Below are positions 1 to 10,610 of a stretch of DNA of 64,000 nucleotides, piece after piece; the stretch's first letter is position 1, and the number at the start of each line of letters is the position of its first letter. This DNA is from Candidatus Latescibacterota bacterium (GTDB lineage: Bacteria; Latescibacterota; UBA2968; GCA-2709665). The notes under the pieces were generated by a model. It did not search any database and was not told where the DNA came from. It worked only from the letters and a program-made list of their open reading frames with translations. The stretch spans positions 768,001 through 832,000 of the forward strand of contig CBDDDZ010000005.1 in assembly GCA_965226795.1 (NCBI GenBank), in the 5' to 3' direction. A program made the translations under genes and the position numbers.

Positions 1-1
1 G

Positions 2-160
2 GAGGAGGTTTCGCGTCGGTCTTCCGAGGCCGATCTGGTGATCGCCGGCTTAACCGAAGACGAAGTCAAATCGGATGAGGTGGAACGGGCGCTCCGGCGC
101 TACGACGGCGCTAACGACGTTTTGTTCGTACATGCAAACGAGATGATCGCGATCGAATGA
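2..160 (+). CDS. 3' end of an upstream gene (partial); resembles the C-terminus of amino-acid permease/cation-chloride cotransporter family proteins
   Basis: Open frame EEVSRRSSEADLVIAGL...NDVLFVHANEMIAIE ending in TGA at 158-160. The family guess rests on a short fragment. Confidence 0.4.
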   Translation, partial: EEVSRRSSEADLVIAGLTEDEVKSDEVERALRRYDGANDVLFVHANEMIAIE

Positions 161-243
161 CTGACCGTCCGCTGGTGAAGTCCCCGGTTGTCGATGTCAG
201 TATTCACGGCGGCACCCCGCCCGGTTTACAAGGAGCGCCTGCG

Positions 244-1059
244 ATGAAGACGACAAATGAAGACACAAATGTCCAGTTACACGACCATCCCGCTCAGATC
301 CACCCGATGTCGGATTACGAAAAGTTCCTCTTCGACCTGAAGGGTTTTCTCGTTATTCCAGCAGTGCTCACGAACGACGAAGTTCAAACGGTGCGGGAGC
401 ACCTGGAAATACTATTGAGAAATCCGGAGAGTCTGCCCGCACACCGCCGTGCACCCATCGCCGGGCCCGCGGAATTCCTCATCGATCATCCGAGAGTCAT
501 GGGTCTTCTGCAGGAGGTGATTCACCCGGAACGCGATCGCATTCGCCTCGAAAGCGTGTTTATCTCCGGTAGATCGGCCGAGACCACCCAGAATCAATGG
601 CGGCCCCACGTGGGCGGGACGAATCTCGATCCGTCCTTGTCCTACCGTTTTCACAACGGCAGGATTTACAGCGGCATGACACGCATCGTCTGGGAACTGA
701 ACGAAGTCAGAAAGGGGCAGGGCGGCACGTGTCTGGTGCCCGGTTCGCATAAAGCGAATCTGTTTTCGGCGCAGGATGGAACGTGGCCGGAGCAGGCCGA
801 TGATCCCGACTCCGGTGTCTGGGAGACCTATGGATGTCCGCCGGGGAGTCTCATCATGTTTTCGGAGGGGGTACGGCATACCGGATCGACGTGGACAAAC
901 CCCGACAATCCCCGCCGCGCCATTCTCATCGCGTACAACCATGTGACGGTCCGGTTCCACGAACCCAAGCCCTGTATGAATCCCGACGTGATCGGCGGTA
1001 TGTCCAGTGCGCGCCAGGCGTTCTTCAGGGAGGTCTGGTACCTGCGCAACAAGAGATAA
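244..1059 (+). CDS. Phytanoyl-CoA dioxygenase (PhyH) family Fe(II)/2OG enzyme
   Basis: Motifs FDLKGFLVIPAVL, GGTCLVPGSHK, distal GVRHTG and PRRAIL; SD AAGGAG precedes ATG 244. The first metal motif reads H-V-G. Confidence 0.8.
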   Translation: MKTTNEDTNVQLHDHPAQIHPMSDYEKFLFDLKGFLVIPAVLTNDEVQTVREHLEILLRNPESLPAHRRAPIAGPAEFLIDHPRVMGLLQEVIHPERDRIRLESVFISGRSAETTQNQWRPHVGGTNLDPSLSYRFHNGRIYSGMTRIVWELNEVRKGQGGTCLVPGSHKANLFSAQDGTWPEQADDPDSGVWETYGCPPGSLIMFSEGVRHTGSTWTNPDNPRRAILIAYNHVTVRFHEPKPCMNPDVIGGMSSARQAFFREVWYLRNKR

Positions 1060-1094
1060 CGGGCGATTCAAGTCGAATCCGGATGCCGGGAATA

Positions 1095-1228
1095 CCGGGA
1101 TCAAGAGCGGTCCGAACGTGAAAAACGGAAAGCCAGGGAATCCTGCACCGCAGGCGTCCGTTCGCCCACGGGAGTGAAGACACCGGCGAGCCACAATCCC
1201 GCGTGTTCGGTGCGGTATCTGATCCCGG
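1095..1228 (+). ncRNA. Candidate structured ncRNA (rod-like, possibly 6S-like)
   Basis: Nested stems 1095-1103/1220-1228, 1112-1117/1205-1210, 1124-1129/1157-1162 and 1142-1146/1150-1154, followed by a terminator. Strand is uncertain. Confidence 0.3.
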
Positions 1229-1240
1229 CGGGGAGAATGG

Positions 1241-1274
1241 AAAAGCCCGGCCAATAACCAACGCCGGGCTTTTT
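1241..1274. terminator. Bidirectional intrinsic terminator between convergent PhyH genes
   Basis: AAAAGCCCGGC...GCCGGGCTTTTT inverted repeat with flanking A/T tracts. Confidence 0.75.
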
Positions 1275-1333
1275 CGGTTTCCAATTCTCGTTTCGGATTT
1301 TGACCTGAACAATTTCGTGTCAGGCGGCGGCGA

Positions 1334-2206
1334 TCAGTTCTCCCATCGCCCCGGATCGATAGCGGGTGCGTCGGTTTTCATGCCCCTGGGTTTGTGTGGT
1401 TGGTTCCAGTCCAGTCCGGTTGTGTTGGGGCTTTGCAGAAAACGCCTCGTCTGGGCCGGGGCGCCGGCCACGAGTTCCGGATCCCATTCCGGCATCGGTT
1501 GTATGGGGCCCGCCCAAGCCGGGCGGTATCCCAATTGAACCAGCGTGCGCTGGGAGCCGGTTCTGTTTGGATGGGTGCCGTGGAACAGATTGATGGGGAT
1601 CACGAGCGCCGTACCGGCCCGAACGCAAAGCGTCACCTCGCCCGGATGATATTTGTAGCGTACGTAGGGATTCGCTTCGGCGTGAAACGACAGGTGGGAG
1701 CGAGGGACGAGCCGGAAGGGCGCCCGGTCAGGGGTCAGGTCGTCAAGGTAATAAAGGACGCGGAGCAGACGCGGGGAACTTCCTTCGTAACCGAAGATGG
1801 ACGACCCGAACGGCTGTCCATCGGTGTGTAAGGAAATGGGTGGTGAACCGGAAAGCGTCTGGGTAAAGAGTCCTCGTGTGAACACGATGTCCTCGCCGAG
1901 CAGTGTCTTCAGGAACTCGATCATCGGCGGGTGCGCGATCAGTTCGGCCACGGCCCGGCTGCGCCATTGAGGCTCCAGGCAGAAGGTTTGGGCGTCGCTG
2001 TAGTCTTTCGTCTGCATCGGCGCGTTGGCCATTTCGCGTCTGATGCGATCCATGAATTCCGCATCGAGTACATCCGGAAAAACGACGTAACCTTCCACTT
2101 CGAGGTGGCGGATTCGCTCGGCCGGCGTGAAGCTCTTGAAGTCGGTTTCGTCCACGTTCATGAAACCGATCTCTTCATTCGGGTCGATTCGTTCGACGGC
2201 TTGCAT
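1334..2206 (-). CDS. PhyH family Fe(II)/2OG dioxygenase
   Basis: EGYVVFPDVL, canonical H-T-D (SLHTDG), RLVPRSH, LFHGT; SD AGGAG upstream of ATG 2206. Confidence 0.85.
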   Translation of the reverse strand: MQAVERIDPNEEIGFMNVDETDFKSFTPAERIRHLEVEGYVVFPDVLDAEFMDRIRREMANAPMQTKDYSDAQTFCLEPQWRSRAVAELIAHPPMIEFLKTLLGEDIVFTRGLFTQTLSGSPPISLHTDGQPFGSSIFGYEGSSPRLLRVLYYLDDLTPDRAPFRLVPRSHLSFHAEANPYVRYKYHPGEVTLCVRAGTALVIPINLFHGTHPNRTGSQRTLVQLGYRPAWAGPIQPMPEWDPELVAGAPAQTRRFLQSPNTTGLDWNQPHKPRGMKTDAPAIDPGRWEN

Positions 2207-2398
2207 CGCGGTTCTCCTTTTTCCAACGGCCGCCGCGGCCGCGGAAATCCCCCTCAGGGAGTGCCTGATCCTGGAAATCATGCATTTCGGGACGACCCAT
2301 GACCGGGTTAAAGGATCCGTCTTTGGCATCCAGACCGCAGCGCGACGACCCTACCCAAGTTAGTCGGCCAAAGATAGTCATTTCGATCGGATAGGGCA

Positions 2399-5105
2399 AT
2401 GGATGGATTGGGTGTCTTGTTCAGCCTTCTCGTACTGTGCTGGCTCTGGCCCGGGAGGTCCGGGGCCGCAACGGTTTCCCACCCGGTTTACAGCGTTTCG
2501 CTCCCGGCTGGATCACTGAAGAAACTGCGGTTTGTCGTCTCGCCGTTGATGGCAATGTCCGAGGACGAGTTGGTTGCCCTGGTGCCGGATCGTACCGGCT
2601 TCAGGTATGTGGCCTGCGCCTGCTGTGGTGAGGGAGTCAGAGAACGGCAACTCGACTGGTCAGTCGAGGATCCTCTACGAGTCCGTTGCCGGCACTGCGC
2701 AACGGTTTTTTCCGGAAGTGAATTTGCCGAGAATCGGACCTTGCGCATATTGAATCCTCTGGGGATCGAGGTCGAATACCCTTTTTACGAAGATCCGTCG
2801 GGAAGAAGATATTTCCTCCGCGCCAGGGTCTGGTGGTGCGCCCGCTTTTATCTTGCCGATCGTGCGCGGGATCTCGGGCGATTGTACCGGGCGACCGACC
2901 AGCGGCAATATGCCCGGCGGTCGGCGTTGATTCTGGATACATTTGCGCGGTATTATCCGGGTTTTCTCGTCTGGACGGACGTGGCGAATTCAGCAAAGCG
3001 GGTGTGTATGGACCCGCCTTTTCCCCGCAGGGGCGGAAAGTGGGGAGAGTGGCGCTACGCCGAAATCCCTACGGAGATGATTTACGCGTACGATTCGATA
3101 CGGGATAGCGGCGAACTGGAACGGCTTTCGGAAGAACGCGGTGTGGATGTCAGTCGCCGCATAGAGGACGGATTTTTCAGGGGGGGGAATTCGGCAGGAC
3201 GCCTTCCATGGCCTCCTGTATACCAACGCCAGTCCCGAGACCTACGAGGGATATGCGGTTGCCGGCCGCGTGTTGGGCGAGCCCGCGCTGGTTCACCGGG
3301 CCGTGCGGTGCGCGCACGGGCTCTTCCGGCGTTTTTCCGTGGATGGCTTCTGGTGCCAGGGAAGCCCCGCGTATCATCGGTATACACTGGGAGGCCTGCA
3401 CCGCGTGCTTGAAGCCCTGGCCGGATATTCCGATCCACCGGGTTATCTGGATCCGGAAGACGGCAGGCGCTTTGTCTGTCTGGATCCGGTTCGCGAATTT
3501 ACGGATGTGGAACGATGTACACGGGTTCTGGAGTCTTTCAGGTATCCCGACGGTCGGCTGATACCGGTGCACGATTCCTGGGCGAGGTATGAAGACCTGA
3601 AGCCCCCGGATCGGTCGCGCTCAGCTCTGTTTGCCGGTATGGGGCATGCGTGGCTCGGGCTGGGTGAGAAAAAATGCCAGACGCAGGCGCACCTTCATTT
3701 TTCGGAAGGTGGCCACGGACACGACCAGGCGGACCTCCTGAACTTGATACTGTACGCGTGTGGAGAGGAGTTGCTGTCGGATATGGGATACACCCATACG
3801 CGGTACAGGCCGTGGACCGTGAGCACGCTGGCGCACAACACGGTGGTTATCGACGAGCAGGAACAATCTGCGAGCGGAAATAATGGAGCGTCTCGCGGCA
3901 GGCTCCTGGCGTTCGAGACCGCGCACAATACAGTACAGTGGATGGAAGCAAGTGGTGAGGGCGCGTACCCGGGGTTGGCGCAGGAATACCGACGAATGGT
4001 CATGCTGGCCGACGCGGGTGACGGGAATGTGTATTCGGTGGATATTTTTCGTGTGCGTGGAGGTACCCAGCACGACTGGACGCTGCACGGGAGCGCAGAC
4101 CGTGACGGATGGGCCAGCCTGGACGTGCCGTTGGAGCCCTACGGGCGTCATCTGCTGAGGGGAGTTGCGGTGCGGCTGCCCGAGTACGAAGGGGATGCAG
4201 GTGACGCCGAGGGGCGCAACATAAGCTACGGATTCGTACAGAATGTATCCCACGGTCGGGTTGAAGACGGTCTAACGTTGCAAATTGACCTGGCGGGAGT
4301 GCAAACCGGGCTGCGGTGCCATCTGCCGGGACTCTCAAAGGCCGAGGTATTTCTGGGCGACGCGCCGTCGGTTCGTCGAACAGATGAGAACGAAGGCGAA
4401 CTGAGCCGGTTCAGGATGCCCGTTCTGGTAGCGCGCCGGCGCGGACGTGCACCGGTCGCGAGCGTGTTCGCCGCGATCCACGAGCCCTTCAGCGGATCTC
4501 CGTTCATTGAGTCGATCCGGCAGGTATACGCGGACGATTGGACTGTTGCGCTGGAGGTGAGACATGGGCGATATGTGGACCATATTGTGCATTGCACAGA
4601 ACGGCGCAAGGAGCGGCTGGTAGTTGGGAATCTCAGCTTGAACGGCGAGTTCGGGTTTGTACGGGAACGGGACGGCGCCCCCACGTGTATGGGGTTGTGG
4701 GGCGGAGACGAGTTGATATGGGAAGAAGAGGTAGTTCGGGGCGAGGGGGCCTATAACCTTAAGGTGACAGGTGTTCTCAGAAAGGCGGATGGAGATCCGA
4801 TCGACGGTTTGTGGGTGACCGGAGGATTTCCAGGAGGCGTGGACGTCGCGAAGGCGACGGCAATCGTGAGTTTCGGCGATGGTACGACGATGGGATGCCG
4901 CGTCAAAGGCATGGTCCGCAAGGGGCGCGAACTCACCCTGGAGACAACGGATGATCCTGGATTCTCAATCGTCAGCGGCGGAATGCGACATCTGTTTTTT
5001 CCGCTGTGTGCGATCACCGGGCCGGTGATCGCACACAGCCGGACGTCGGCGTTCGTGTGGTTGCACGGGGAAGGGCCTGAGCGTTCAGCGTTCTCCCGCG
5101 TCTGA
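2399..5105 (+). pseudogene. Secreted heparinase II/III-family polysaccharide lyase-like gene, frameshifted in a G8 run at 3180-3187 (may be an assembly error)
   Basis: Signal peptide in ORF 2399; heparinase II/III motifs QGSPAYH, GHGHDQADLLNL and HNTVVIDE in ORF 3270. Removing one G joins the frames (FFRGGIRQDAFHGLLYTNASP...). Confidence 0.7.
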
Positions 5106-6245
5106 AGCGGCACGGTACACGTCCAGTATCGGAATGTCCTGTTCGCTCGCAATACGGACGCAGTCTTCGTATTCGGGCGCGATACGCGTCCTGCCGCCGT
5201 AATTGGCGACCTTGACGTTCACGGGGCCGAATGCGGTTTCAACGACTTCTATTCGTCGGGAGACGGTCTGCCGCTCAACGCGGCGGAGCCGGACGCCAAG
5301 CGTCGTGGTTTCACGGAAGATAAGATCCGTGGCCGACTGTGCAAGGTCCGGATCGGCGAGCACGCTGAGCATCACCCCCGGCCGTCCTTTTTTCATAATG
5401 AGGGGCGTGAGATACGCGTCTCTGGCGCCTTCGGCGAGCAGGCGGTCGATCAGGTAGCCGTAGATTTCAGGTGTCATATCGTCAATGTTGGTTTCTATAA
5501 GGGTGAGCGCGTCTGTCCGCAGGGAGGACTCGGATTCACCGATTTCCAGACGGAGCAGGTTCGGAACCTGATCCACATCACGACTGCCTGCTCCGTAACC
5601 GATCTGGCGCGTTCGAAAGGGAGGACTGGCGCCGATCTGCTCCGCCAGCGTGGTCAGAATCGCGGCGCCGGTAGGTGTAACCATTTCAAACGGTATGTCG
5701 GTACGTTCGGCCGGTACATCCCTGCAAAGAGCGAGCACCGCGGGAACGGGAATGGGCAGTATTCCGTGACAACTTCGGGTCGTTCCGCGACCGAATCGAA
5801 AGGGTGAGGCGTAGACGTGTTCGACGCCGAGCTGTTCCAGGCCGATAACGGCGCCGGCGATATCCGCGATGGCGTCTGCCGCACCTACTTCGTGAAAATG
5901 GACGCGGTCGACTGAAATGCCGTGAACTTCGGCTTCGGCTTCGGCGAGACGGCGGAAAATGGCGCCGGTCTGCCGTCTGGATTTGCTCGTGATGTCCGCG
6001 GCCTCGATGATTCCCAGCACGTCCTTCAGCCGTCGGTGTATATGCCCCTCTTCGGCGACGACATCGACTTTCGTCGCAGCGATGCCGTGCCTGTGAACCT
6101 TTCCGGCCCGAAGTCGGATTCCCTCCAGGTGGAGTTTGTCGATTTCTCTCTGCAACGTCTCGATACACAGGCCCGCATCCACCAGCGCGCCCAGAATCAT
6201 GTCGCCGCTTACGCCGGCATGGCAGTCGAAATACGCAAGTCTCAA
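5085..6245 (-). CDS. larC: Nickel-pincer cofactor biosynthesis protein LarC
   Basis: YFDCHAGVSGDMILGAL, VHFHEVGAADAIAD, TPTGAA, ETNIDD, MKKGRPG, ETTTLGVR, PEYEDC. Confidence 0.92.
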   Translation of the reverse strand: MRLAYFDCHAGVSGDMILGALVDAGLCIETLQREIDKLHLEGIRLRAGKVHRHGIAATKVDVVAEEGHIHRRLKDVLGIIEAADITSKSRRQTGAIFRRLAEAEAEVHGISVDRVHFHEVGAADAIADIAGAVIGLEQLGVEHVYASPFRFGRGTTRSCHGILPIPVPAVLALCRDVPAERTDIPFEMVTPTGAAILTTLAEQIGASPPFRTRQIGYGAGSRDVDQVPNLLRLEIGESESSLRTDALTLIETNIDDMTPEIYGYLIDRLLAEGARDAYLTPLIMKKGRPGVMLSVLADPDLAQSATDLIFRETTTLGVRLRRVERQTVSRRIEVVETAFGPVNVKVANYGGRTRIAPEYEDCVRIASEQDIPILDVYRAASDAGER

Positions 6246-6473
6246 GATGTCACCTTAATCTGCCCGTGCGACCAGTCGGGCGCAGGCGAAACCCGACAGT
6301 GGCCAAGGAAGGGCGTTATTTTGATTGTACTTTGGAACGTCGATCGAATGGAAACGGGGTTCTATCGCAGACGCGGCTGCTGAGAGCAGGAGTCTCTTTA
6401 CCCGGCGCTTCGCTCGTGAGTTTATCCAGGCTGAGGGTTGGCTATCCTGCGACGAGGCTGGGGATGAGGGGAT

Positions 6474-7835
6474 TTACGGCGAAGCCTGCAGGTTGGTCAC
6501 AATCGACGCCGTCGGGTCGTCGAACAGCACCAGCAGGCGGTCGCGCTGATGCCTGAAGCTGGCAAGCAGATCCGGGGACAGCGGTCTGGCCTTGGAACGA
6601 TTGGCGAAGCTGGCAGGATTGCTGAGGCGATAACCCTTGCCGTTTCTGACAAAGAAGTTGTAATGAAGGTGAGGTCCGGTGGCGCGGCCGGTCGCTCCGA
6701 CGAAACCGATGACCTCCTTTTGGTTGACGTGCGAGCCCTTCTTCAAGCCGCGCCGGAACTTGCTGAGATGGCCGTAGCCGGTCTTGTAGCCGTTTCGGTG
6801 CCGGATTTCGATGTAGTTCCCGAGAGCGCCTTTTCGGCCTTTGAAAACAACGGTACCCGGAGCGGTTGCCCAGACATGTGTACCGTACCCTGAGGCGTAG
6901 TCGATGCCGTGGTGGGGGATGTACTTCTTAAGGATGGGGTGGAACCGGCGGCTGGAAAAACCGGAACTGATTCGCCGGTAGTGGAGCGGGGATTTCAGAA
7001 ACAGGCCGCGCAGCGACTTGCCGTTCGAATCGTAATAGCCCACGTGGCCGTCCGCGGATTTGAACAGAAAGGCCTGATGGTTTTTTCGGGCCGACTGGTA
7101 TTCGGCTGAAAGGATATCTCCATATCGCAGGAACCGGCCGTCTTTGTATATTTTCTCCAGTGCCAGTGCAAACCGGTCGCCGACGCGGCAATCGACCATA
7201 AAGTCGATGTCGTATTCAAAAATTGCGGCCATTTCGACGCTCAGCACGGCATGGTCTTCACCGGTTTCAAACAGTGCGCTCCAGAGGCTGTTGCGGATTT
7301 CACCCGTTACGACCGCGATCTGGAGTTCCAGAGGTATCTGCTCTTTGCGCGCGGTAAGTCTACCGTTCTTCCGTGTTACGACAAAACGGCTCTCGAATGC
7401 TCCTCTTTTGATGAATTCAAAGGACTGAATGGCTCCCAGGCTGTCTATGCGGAGTTCGTAGCGATCTCCGCTCTGGACGATTCTGGGATTGAGTTCCGCC
7501 CGGGAGATCCCTTTCTTGAAGGCGTCCAGCAGTTCGTAAATCTGGGATCGCGCGACGTCTTCCCGATTCAATGCGTCCCAGAATGTTTCTCTGTGTCGGA
7601 TGCGCCCGTCGACTTCCGAGAATTGCGGTTCAGGACTGGCCGGAAGAAGGGCTGGAACCGGGGGCGCTTCGTAGACGACTTCCTGACTCTGCACGGTTTC
7701 AGGCTCAGGCGGCGGGGTGGCCGCGAGCCAGATCAGTACAGCAGCGGGTAAGAAAACAGGAGCAAACTTTGCCAGCCTGAACCGGCGGCCTGTTTGTGGA
7801 GGCCGGTTCGTGCGGTCACATTTGCGAATATGCAT
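6474..7835 (-). CDS. M23 family peptidoglycan DD-metalloendopeptidase (MepM-like)
   Basis: N-terminal TM segment; HHGIDY, YGHLS and ATGPHLHY motifs. Start codon is approximate. Confidence 0.88.
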   Translation of the reverse strand: MHIRKCDRTNRPPQTGRRFRLAKFAPVFLPAAVLIWLAATPPPEPETVQSQEVVYEAPPVPALLPASPEPQFSEVDGRIRHRETFWDALNREDVARSQIYELLDAFKKGISRAELNPRIVQSGDRYELRIDSLGAIQSFEFIKRGAFESRFVVTRKNGRLTARKEQIPLELQIAVVTGEIRNSLWSALFETGEDHAVLSVEMAAIFEYDIDFMVDCRVGDRFALALEKIYKDGRFLRYGDILSAEYQSARKNHQAFLFKSADGHVGYYDSNGKSLRGLFLKSPLHYRRISSGFSSRRFHPILKKYIPHHGIDYASGYGTHVWATAPGTVVFKGRKGALGNYIEIRHRNGYKTGYGHLSKFRRGLKKGSHVNQKEVIGFVGATGRATGPHLHYNFFVRNGKGYRLSNPASFANRSKARPLSPDLLASFRHQRDRLLVLFDDPTASIVTNLQASP

Positions 7836-7947
7836 ATCGGTAGTTGCTTGGAATCCCGGAACGGGTCTGAAGATAATAGGAAGACCCGCCGGATAACAGG
7901 CGGAAAAATGAACGTAACTTCTTGTTCTGAGGGCAGAACAATCTCTG

Positions 7948-7976
7948 AAAATAGGGCAAATTTTTCTTTCTGTCAA
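7948..7976 (-). promoter_or_regulatory. Sigma-70-type promoter for the M23 gene
   Basis: Minus strand TTGACA-17 nt-TATTTT. Confidence 0.55.
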
Positions 7977-8062
7977 CCACTAATTTCGCTTGCGTTTGGA
8001 ACGGCGCACCGTTAATCTCATATGTGTACCGTTGTTTACCGTGAAAACAAGGAGTTGGACAC

Positions 8063-9145
8063 ATGGCGGGGGTTTCTGATCCAATCGACCAGGTCGATCT
8101 GAAGGGATTCTATCCCGAGGAACTCGAGGCATTTGTGGCTTCCCTCGGGTTGGAGCCCTATCGTGCCAGGCAGATCGCGGCGTGGATCTACAATCGCGGC
8201 ACAACCGACTTCGCTGAGATGACCGACCTCACTAAGGCGGTTCGCGCAACGCTACGGGAGCGTGCGTCGATTTTGAGTCTGAAGGTGGCGGCAAGAGCGG
8301 GCGCGGATGCCGGCGACACGGTGAAGTACCTGTTTGAACTGCCGGACGGCAAGCGCGTTGAAAGCGTCCTGATGCGCGACGGCAGGCGCCGGACGCTGTG
8401 CGTTTCGTCGCAGGTGGGATGTCCGCTGGATTGTACGTTCTGCGCGACCGGCCGGATGGGGCTGCTCCGCAACCTGTCCGCGGGCGAAATTCTGGATCAG
8501 CTGGTTTGCGTCCGCCGTGAACTGAGAGCACGCGATGACGATCTGACCAATGTGGTGATGATGGGTATGGGGGAGCCGCTGTTGAATTACGAGAATGTCA
8601 TTCGTGCGATCCGACTGATGAATCTGGATTACGGGCTGGCTATAGGAATCCGCAGGATTACGCTTTCGACGGTCGGATACGTGCCCGGTATATTGAGGTT
8701 GGCCAGGGAGGGATTGAAGGTGGGCCTGGCGGTTTCTCTGAATGCGACAGACGATGTACAACGTTCGCAAATTATGTCGATCAACCGGCGTTGGCCGATT
8801 GCCGAGCTTCTTGCGGCGGTCAGGGCGTATCGGCAGCGGATAGACCGGAGGGTGACGTTCGAGTACGTGCTACTGCACGGGTTTAACGATTCGAGCGATG
8901 ACGCCAGACGTCTGGTAGCGCTTGTCCGGGGTATACCGTGCAAAATCAACGTCATACCATGGAATCCGATCGATGACGCACCATATGAACGGCCGCCCCA
9001 GGACGCCGTAAACCGGTTTGTGGAGATCCTCAAGAATGCGCATCTGACAACTACGGTGCGGTACAGCAAGGGAGTGGATATTGCGGCCGGATGCGGGCAG
9101 CTCTATATCCATCCCGAGGCGGCCGCGACGGCGTCCGAAGTCTGA
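8063..9145 (+). CDS. rlmN: 23S rRNA m2A2503/tRNA A37 radical SAM methyltransferase RlmN
   Basis: CVSSQVGCPLDCTFCATG, MGMGEP, AAGCGQL. Confidence 0.95.
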   Translation: MAGVSDPIDQVDLKGFYPEELEAFVASLGLEPYRARQIAAWIYNRGTTDFAEMTDLTKAVRATLRERASILSLKVAARAGADAGDTVKYLFELPDGKRVESVLMRDGRRRTLCVSSQVGCPLDCTFCATGRMGLLRNLSAGEILDQLVCVRRELRARDDDLTNVVMMGMGEPLLNYENVIRAIRLMNLDYGLAIGIRRITLSTVGYVPGILRLAREGLKVGLAVSLNATDDVQRSQIMSINRRWPIAELLAAVRAYRQRIDRRVTFEYVLLHGFNDSSDDARRLVALVRGIPCKINVIPWNPIDDAPYERPPQDAVNRFVEILKNAHLTTTVRYSKGVDIAAGCGQLYIHPEAAATASEV

Positions 9146-9312
9146 ATGGCCCGGCGGGCGGAGGCCGGCGGATTTCGTCGTAGTCGACCCGGTGCGTCGC
9201 GTCGCACATTTCCCTTGATTTTTCTGTAAAGATTTATGATATATTGCAACTTACCGAGATATACACACTATATCCGTTCTCCTGACCGGGAGTCGTCGGA
9301 GCACGTGTTTTT

Positions 9313-10605
9313 ATGGAACAGTTCGTAATTGAAGGTGGTTTTCCACTCTCCGGAACCATCACGCCTTTCGGAAACAAGAATGCCGCGCTCCCACTCCTCG
9401 CGGCGACGCTTTTGACGGACGAGACGGTGGTTTTGAAGAACGCGCCGCCCATCGGAGACGTACTTACCCTTATCAAGCTCCTGCAGGATCTGGGTGTCTC
9501 GGTTCAACACACGAGCCGGGCCGAACTGACCGCGTCCGCGGCTTCCCTGAGCAAGACCGCTCTAAATCCCGATTTGTGCAGAAAGGCCCGCGGGAGTTTT
9601 CTGCTCGCAGGGGCGCTTTTGGCGCGACACGGCCGTGCGACAATGCCCCGGCCCGGTGGGGACAAAATCGGCCGTCGGCGACTGGATACCCATCTCCGCG
9701 CTCTGGAGGCCCTGGGCGCCCGCATCCAAACCAACCATGTCTACGAAATGTGGGCGCCGGACGGATTGGCGGGTGCCGACATTTTTCTGGATGAGCGGAG
9801 CGTAACCGGCACGGAGAACGTGATCATGGCGTCCACGCTGGCGGAGGGCACAACCGTCATCCGGAATGCGGCCTGTGAACCGCACGTACAGGAGTTGTGC
9901 AATCTGCTCAACGCCATGGGCGCCCGGATTTCAGGCGTGGGTACGAATGAACTCACCATTGAAGGCGTAACGACGCTTGGCGGCGGCGAACATACCATCG
10001 GTCCCGATTATATGGAAGTGGGGAGCTTCATCGGCCTCGCGGCGGTAACCAACGGGGAGGTACGGATCAGAGACGCCGCGCCGCATCATATGCGGCGTAG
10101 TCTGATGGTTTTTGAGAGGCTGGGCGTGGAGGTGGTGGTTGACGGAGAGGACATTCTGGTTCCCGACAATCAGAGGCTGGAGATCGTCCGGGACGTCGGA
10201 GACGCGATTCCAAAGATTTTTGACGATCCCTGGCCCGGTTTTCCCGCGGATCTGATGAGCATCGCGATCGTGGTCGCCACGCAGGCACGGGGAACCGTCC
10301 TGTTTTTCGAAAAAATGTATGAGAGCCGCCTTTTCTGGCTGGATCGGTTAATCGAGATGGGGGCCGAGATCATCCTGTGCGACCCTCACCGGGCGGTTAT
10401 CGTGGGGCCGTCGAAGCTATACGGTGAGCGGATTACGAGTCCCGATATCAGGGCCGGGATGGCGTTGCTGATCGCCAGCCTTTGCGCCGAAGGCCAGAGC
10501 GTGATCCGGAACATCGAACAGATCGATCGCGGGTACGATTGCATCGACGAGCGTCTTCGCGCGCTGGGTGCCCGGATCGAACGGGTTCCCGTTCCCTTGG
10601 AATAA
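9313..10605 (+). CDS. murA: UDP-N-acetylglucosamine 1-carboxyvinyltransferase (Asp in place of the catalytic-loop Cys)
   Basis: [44 protein letters not shown]. Confidence 0.95.
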   Translation: MEQFVIEGGFPLSGTITPFGNKNAALPLLAATLLTDETVVLKNAPPIGDVLTLIKLLQDLGVSVQHTSRAELTASAASLSKTALNPDLCRKARGSFLLAGALLARHGRATMPRPGGDKIGRRRLDTHLRALEALGARIQTNHVYEMWAPDGLAGADIFLDERSVTGTENVIMASTLAEGTTVIRNAACEPHVQELCNLLNAMGARISGVGTNELTIEGVTTLGGGEHTIGPDYMEVGSFIGLAAVTNGEVRIRDAAPHHMRRSLMVFERLGVEVVVDGEDILVPDNQRLEIVRDVGDAIPKIFDDPWPGFPADLMSIAIVVATQARGTVLFFEKMYESRLFWLDRLIEMGAEIILCDPHRAVIVGPSKLYGERITSPDIRAGMALLIASLCAEGQSVIRNIEQIDRGYDCIDERLRALGARIERVPVPLE

Positions 10606-10610
10606 ACGCA

